A stretch of DNA of 32,000 nt from Coprobacillaceae bacterium (GTDB lineage Bacteria; Bacillota_I; Bacilli_A; Erysipelotrichales; Coprobacillaceae), in assembly GCA_963675915.1 (NCBI GenBank), contig OY780959.1, positions 2,580,001-2,612,000 on the forward strand. Reading direction: 5' to 3'. The notes under the pieces are model-generated. The model searched no databases, had not been told where the DNA came from, and was given only the letters and a program-made list of their open reading frames with translations. The position numbers and the translations under genes were made by a program. This document shows positions 30,494 to 32,000 of this stretch, one piece after another (the first letter of the stretch is position 1; each line of letters begins with the position of its first letter).

Positions 30494-31252
30494 ATGAAAA
30501 TGCCTGCGATTTTCGTCGGTCATGGTTCACCGATGAATGCGATTGAAGACAACAAATATTCAAATACCTGGAAAAAGATCGGAAAGAGATTTCAGCCAAA
30601 AGCCATTTTGATGATCTCGGCCCACTGGTATGTCAATAAAACAGCCACCCAGGATGCAGCCGATCCGAACCAAATTTATGATATGTACGGATTCCCGGAT
30701 GAACTTTTTCAGTTGAAATATTCGGCACGCGGTGATAAAAAACTGACTGCCACGGTGCTCGAGGAACTAGGTGATTCGGTTGTAATCGACAACTCTTGGG
30801 GAATTGATCACGGGGCTTGGTCAGTTTTGGTGCACATGTACCCGGATGCTTCAATTCCAGTGGTCCAATTAAGTGTAAACCGGTCGAAATCACCCCAGGA
30901 GCAATATGATCTTGGGGTAAAGCTGGCGCATTTGCGGGAGCTTGGCTATATGATCATTGCCAGTGGAAATATCGTCCATAATCTTCGGCTTGTCAATTTC
31001 GGGCAAAACGAACCGTTTGACTGGGCAATCAGATTTGATGATTACATCGAGAAGGCGATAACCGCTCGGGAATTTGACAAATGTATCAGCTACACCTTGG
31101 AACCTTCATCAAAACTTGCAGTTCCGACACCCGATCATTACTATCCGTTGCTGACAATGTTGGGAACTACGGGCAAAGATGACCAAATCACGGTTTTCAA
31201 CAAGGGCTACGAATATGGCAGCCTTTCGATGACTGGTTATATCTTTGAATAA
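30494..31252 (+). CDS. ygiD: 4,5-DOPA dioxygenase extradiol-like (class III extradiol dioxygenase, YgiD family)
   Basis: 252 aa. The N-terminal MPAIFVGHGSPMNA, followed by ISAHW and GNIVHNL, is characteristic of the YgiD/DODA family. SD AGGAGG. Confidence 0.85.
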   Translation: MKMPAIFVGHGSPMNAIEDNKYSNTWKKIGKRFQPKAILMISAHWYVNKTATQDAADPNQIYDMYGFPDELFQLKYSARGDKKLTATVLEELGDSVVIDNSWGIDHGAWSVLVHMYPDASIPVVQLSVNRSKSPQEQYDLGVKLAHLRELGYMIIASGNIVHNLRLVNFGQNEPFDWAIRFDDYIEKAITAREFDKCISYTLEPSSKLAVPTPDHYYPLLTMLGTTGKDDQITVFNKGYEYGSLSMTGYIFE

Positions 31253-31371
31253 ACTAAAAAACTTAACAAAAAAATCACGGTACTCTAAAATAACTTGAGG
31301 TAGCACTTGTTATAAGCAATAGAATTATTTGATGTGCTTACTACCTCATGAATGATTAGAGCCACAATAGG

Positions 31372-31406
31372 GTGACTGGAAATCTTATGATTTCCAGTCA
31401 CTTTTT
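31372..31406 (+). terminator. Strong plus-strand hairpin with T-run, abutting the 3' end of the transposase gene
   Basis: Perfect 13-bp stem: GTGACTGGAAATC (31372-31384), loop TTAT, GATTTCCAGTCAC (31389-31401), then TTTTT. Read on the minus strand it has no T-run. Confidence 0.7.
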
Positions 31407-32000
31407 CATTTTGTCGAGGGGTAGATATAGTAATTCACATCATCGTTCAAGACATATAGCACCCTGCTTCGGAATCTTTCCCAGTTATTATAGCCATTGG
31501 CGTTTCGTTTGATGCTTTTTATGGTTTTGTTTCTGTTTTCGATTATTCCATTATTGATTTTATGACCTTTGGTTATTTCGATGAACGAATTGATTATTTC
31601 GTTCTTCCACCTAACCATCGTATTAGCGAAATCGTTCATTCCTTTTACATTGCTTTTTCTAAATTCGTCAATTATTTCCTCAAGGTTCCGTTTCGCTGTT
31701 TTATAATTGCTCTTTTTAAAGAATCTTATTACTTCATCTTTTAAATCTACAGCTTCTTCGAGTTGTGGGTCGATTTTCATTATGTAGTCAAGAAGATCAT
31801 AGGGATTGTAATAACCTTCAAGCACTCTATTGTATTTCTTTTTGACGTTCGGATCGAATATCTTTGGATCATTCTTGTAAAGAAGCCAATTGAATTTTTT
31901 GAGCACATAATATTGCTTCTTACGTTCTTTGATTTCTACAATCTCTTTTGGGGTGAGATTCTCCTTAATTAGATTTGGTGGAACTTTGACCTTGTTCATA
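31406..32000 (-). CDS. ISL3-family transposase, C-terminal part only (truncated by the window edge)
   Basis: The 197 aa in the window end in ...NGIIENRNKTIKSIKRNANGYNNWERFRSRVLYVLN. This matches the conserved ISL3 C-terminal block (N-G-x-x-E-x-x-N-x-x-I-K-x-I-K-R-x-x-x-G-Y-x-N-x-x-x-F-R-x-R-[IV]-L). The reading frame is open to the edge, so the ATG at 31999 is probably not the true start. Confidence 0.85.
   Translation of the reverse strand, partial: MNKVKVPPNLIKENLTPKEIVEIKERKKQYYVLKKFNWLLYKNDPKIFDPNVKKKYNRVLEGYYNPYDLLDYIMKIDPQLEEAVDLKDEVIRFFKKSNYKTAKRNLEEIIDEFRKSNVKGMNDFANTMVRWKNEIINSFIEITKGHKINNGIIENRNKTIKSIKRNANGYNNWERFRSRVLYVLNDDVNYYIYPSTK
31406..32000 (-). mobile_element. Partial ISL3-family insertion sequence; the inner boundary is not resolvable from this window
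   Basis: This is the transposase fragment described above. The IS end must lie somewhere in 31253-31405, but without the other end I cannot identify the terminal inverted repeat. Confidence 0.6.

Noticed and set aside
31355-31366. GGCTCT (minus strand, reverse complement of TAGAGCC at 31357-31363) as the ISL3 terminal inverted repeat
   Set aside because: The orientation is wrong for the end downstream of the transposase gene, and I cannot compare it with the other end, so the match is uninformative.
1-32000. CRISPR arrays, tandem repeats, and rRNA/tRNA genes
   Set aside because: Reading every intergenic region longer than 100 bp showed only AT-rich promoter and terminator sequence. I saw no regularly spaced direct repeats and no GC-rich cloverleaf-like segments.

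Overview
This is a densely coding 32-kb stretch that reads like a low-GC Bacillota (Firmicutes-type) chromosome. It has AGGAGG-type ribosome-binding sites, TGnTAYAAT extended -10 promoters, hairpin plus T-run terminators and mostly TAA stops. I support about 31 protein-coding genes and one ISL3-family transposase cut by the right edge. I saw no rRNA, tRNA or CRISPR array.

Gene content, left to right:
- peroxiredoxin fragment
- aldo/keto reductase with Fe-S motifs
- DUF2294 protein
- archaeal-type PEP carboxylase co-transcribed with an OFA-type MFS transporter
- a 61-aa hyper-acidic protein
- MATE efflux pump
- flavodoxin-like protein plus alpha/beta hydrolase
- a MerR (GyrI-like) regulator, flanked by an MFS pump on one side and a QueG-like Fe-S protein plus Sel1-repeat protein on the other
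- a LicR-type PRD regulator with a cellobiose-family PTS (EIIB-EIIC-EIIA) and a GH1 6-phospho-beta-glucosidase
- DUF362 protein plus cyclophilin-like lipoprotein
- a four-gene operon: guanidino-group-modifying hydrolase, RocB-like M20 amidohydrolase, Fe-alcohol dehydrogenase, GabT-like aminotransferase
- a small membrane protein behind a promoter-plus-terminator leader
- PHP phosphoesterase
- an overlapping DUF2254 membrane protein / patatin-like phospholipase pair
- a HAD, SSAT-like GNAT and DOPA-dioxygenase operon

Best leads:
1. The four-gene operon at 19991-24963 looks like a non-canonical deiminase, ureidohydrolase, transaminase and semialdehyde-reductase route.
2. The PTS-linked GH1 enzyme has Gln where the catalytic acid/base Glu should be (NQI instead of NEI), as in myrosinases.
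3. The DUF2254/patatin pair is translationally coupled.

I recognised no canonical defence, toxin-antitoxin, phage or secondary-metabolite genes. All functional calls come from motif-level reading of the supplied translations and my memory of protein families, not from any database search.
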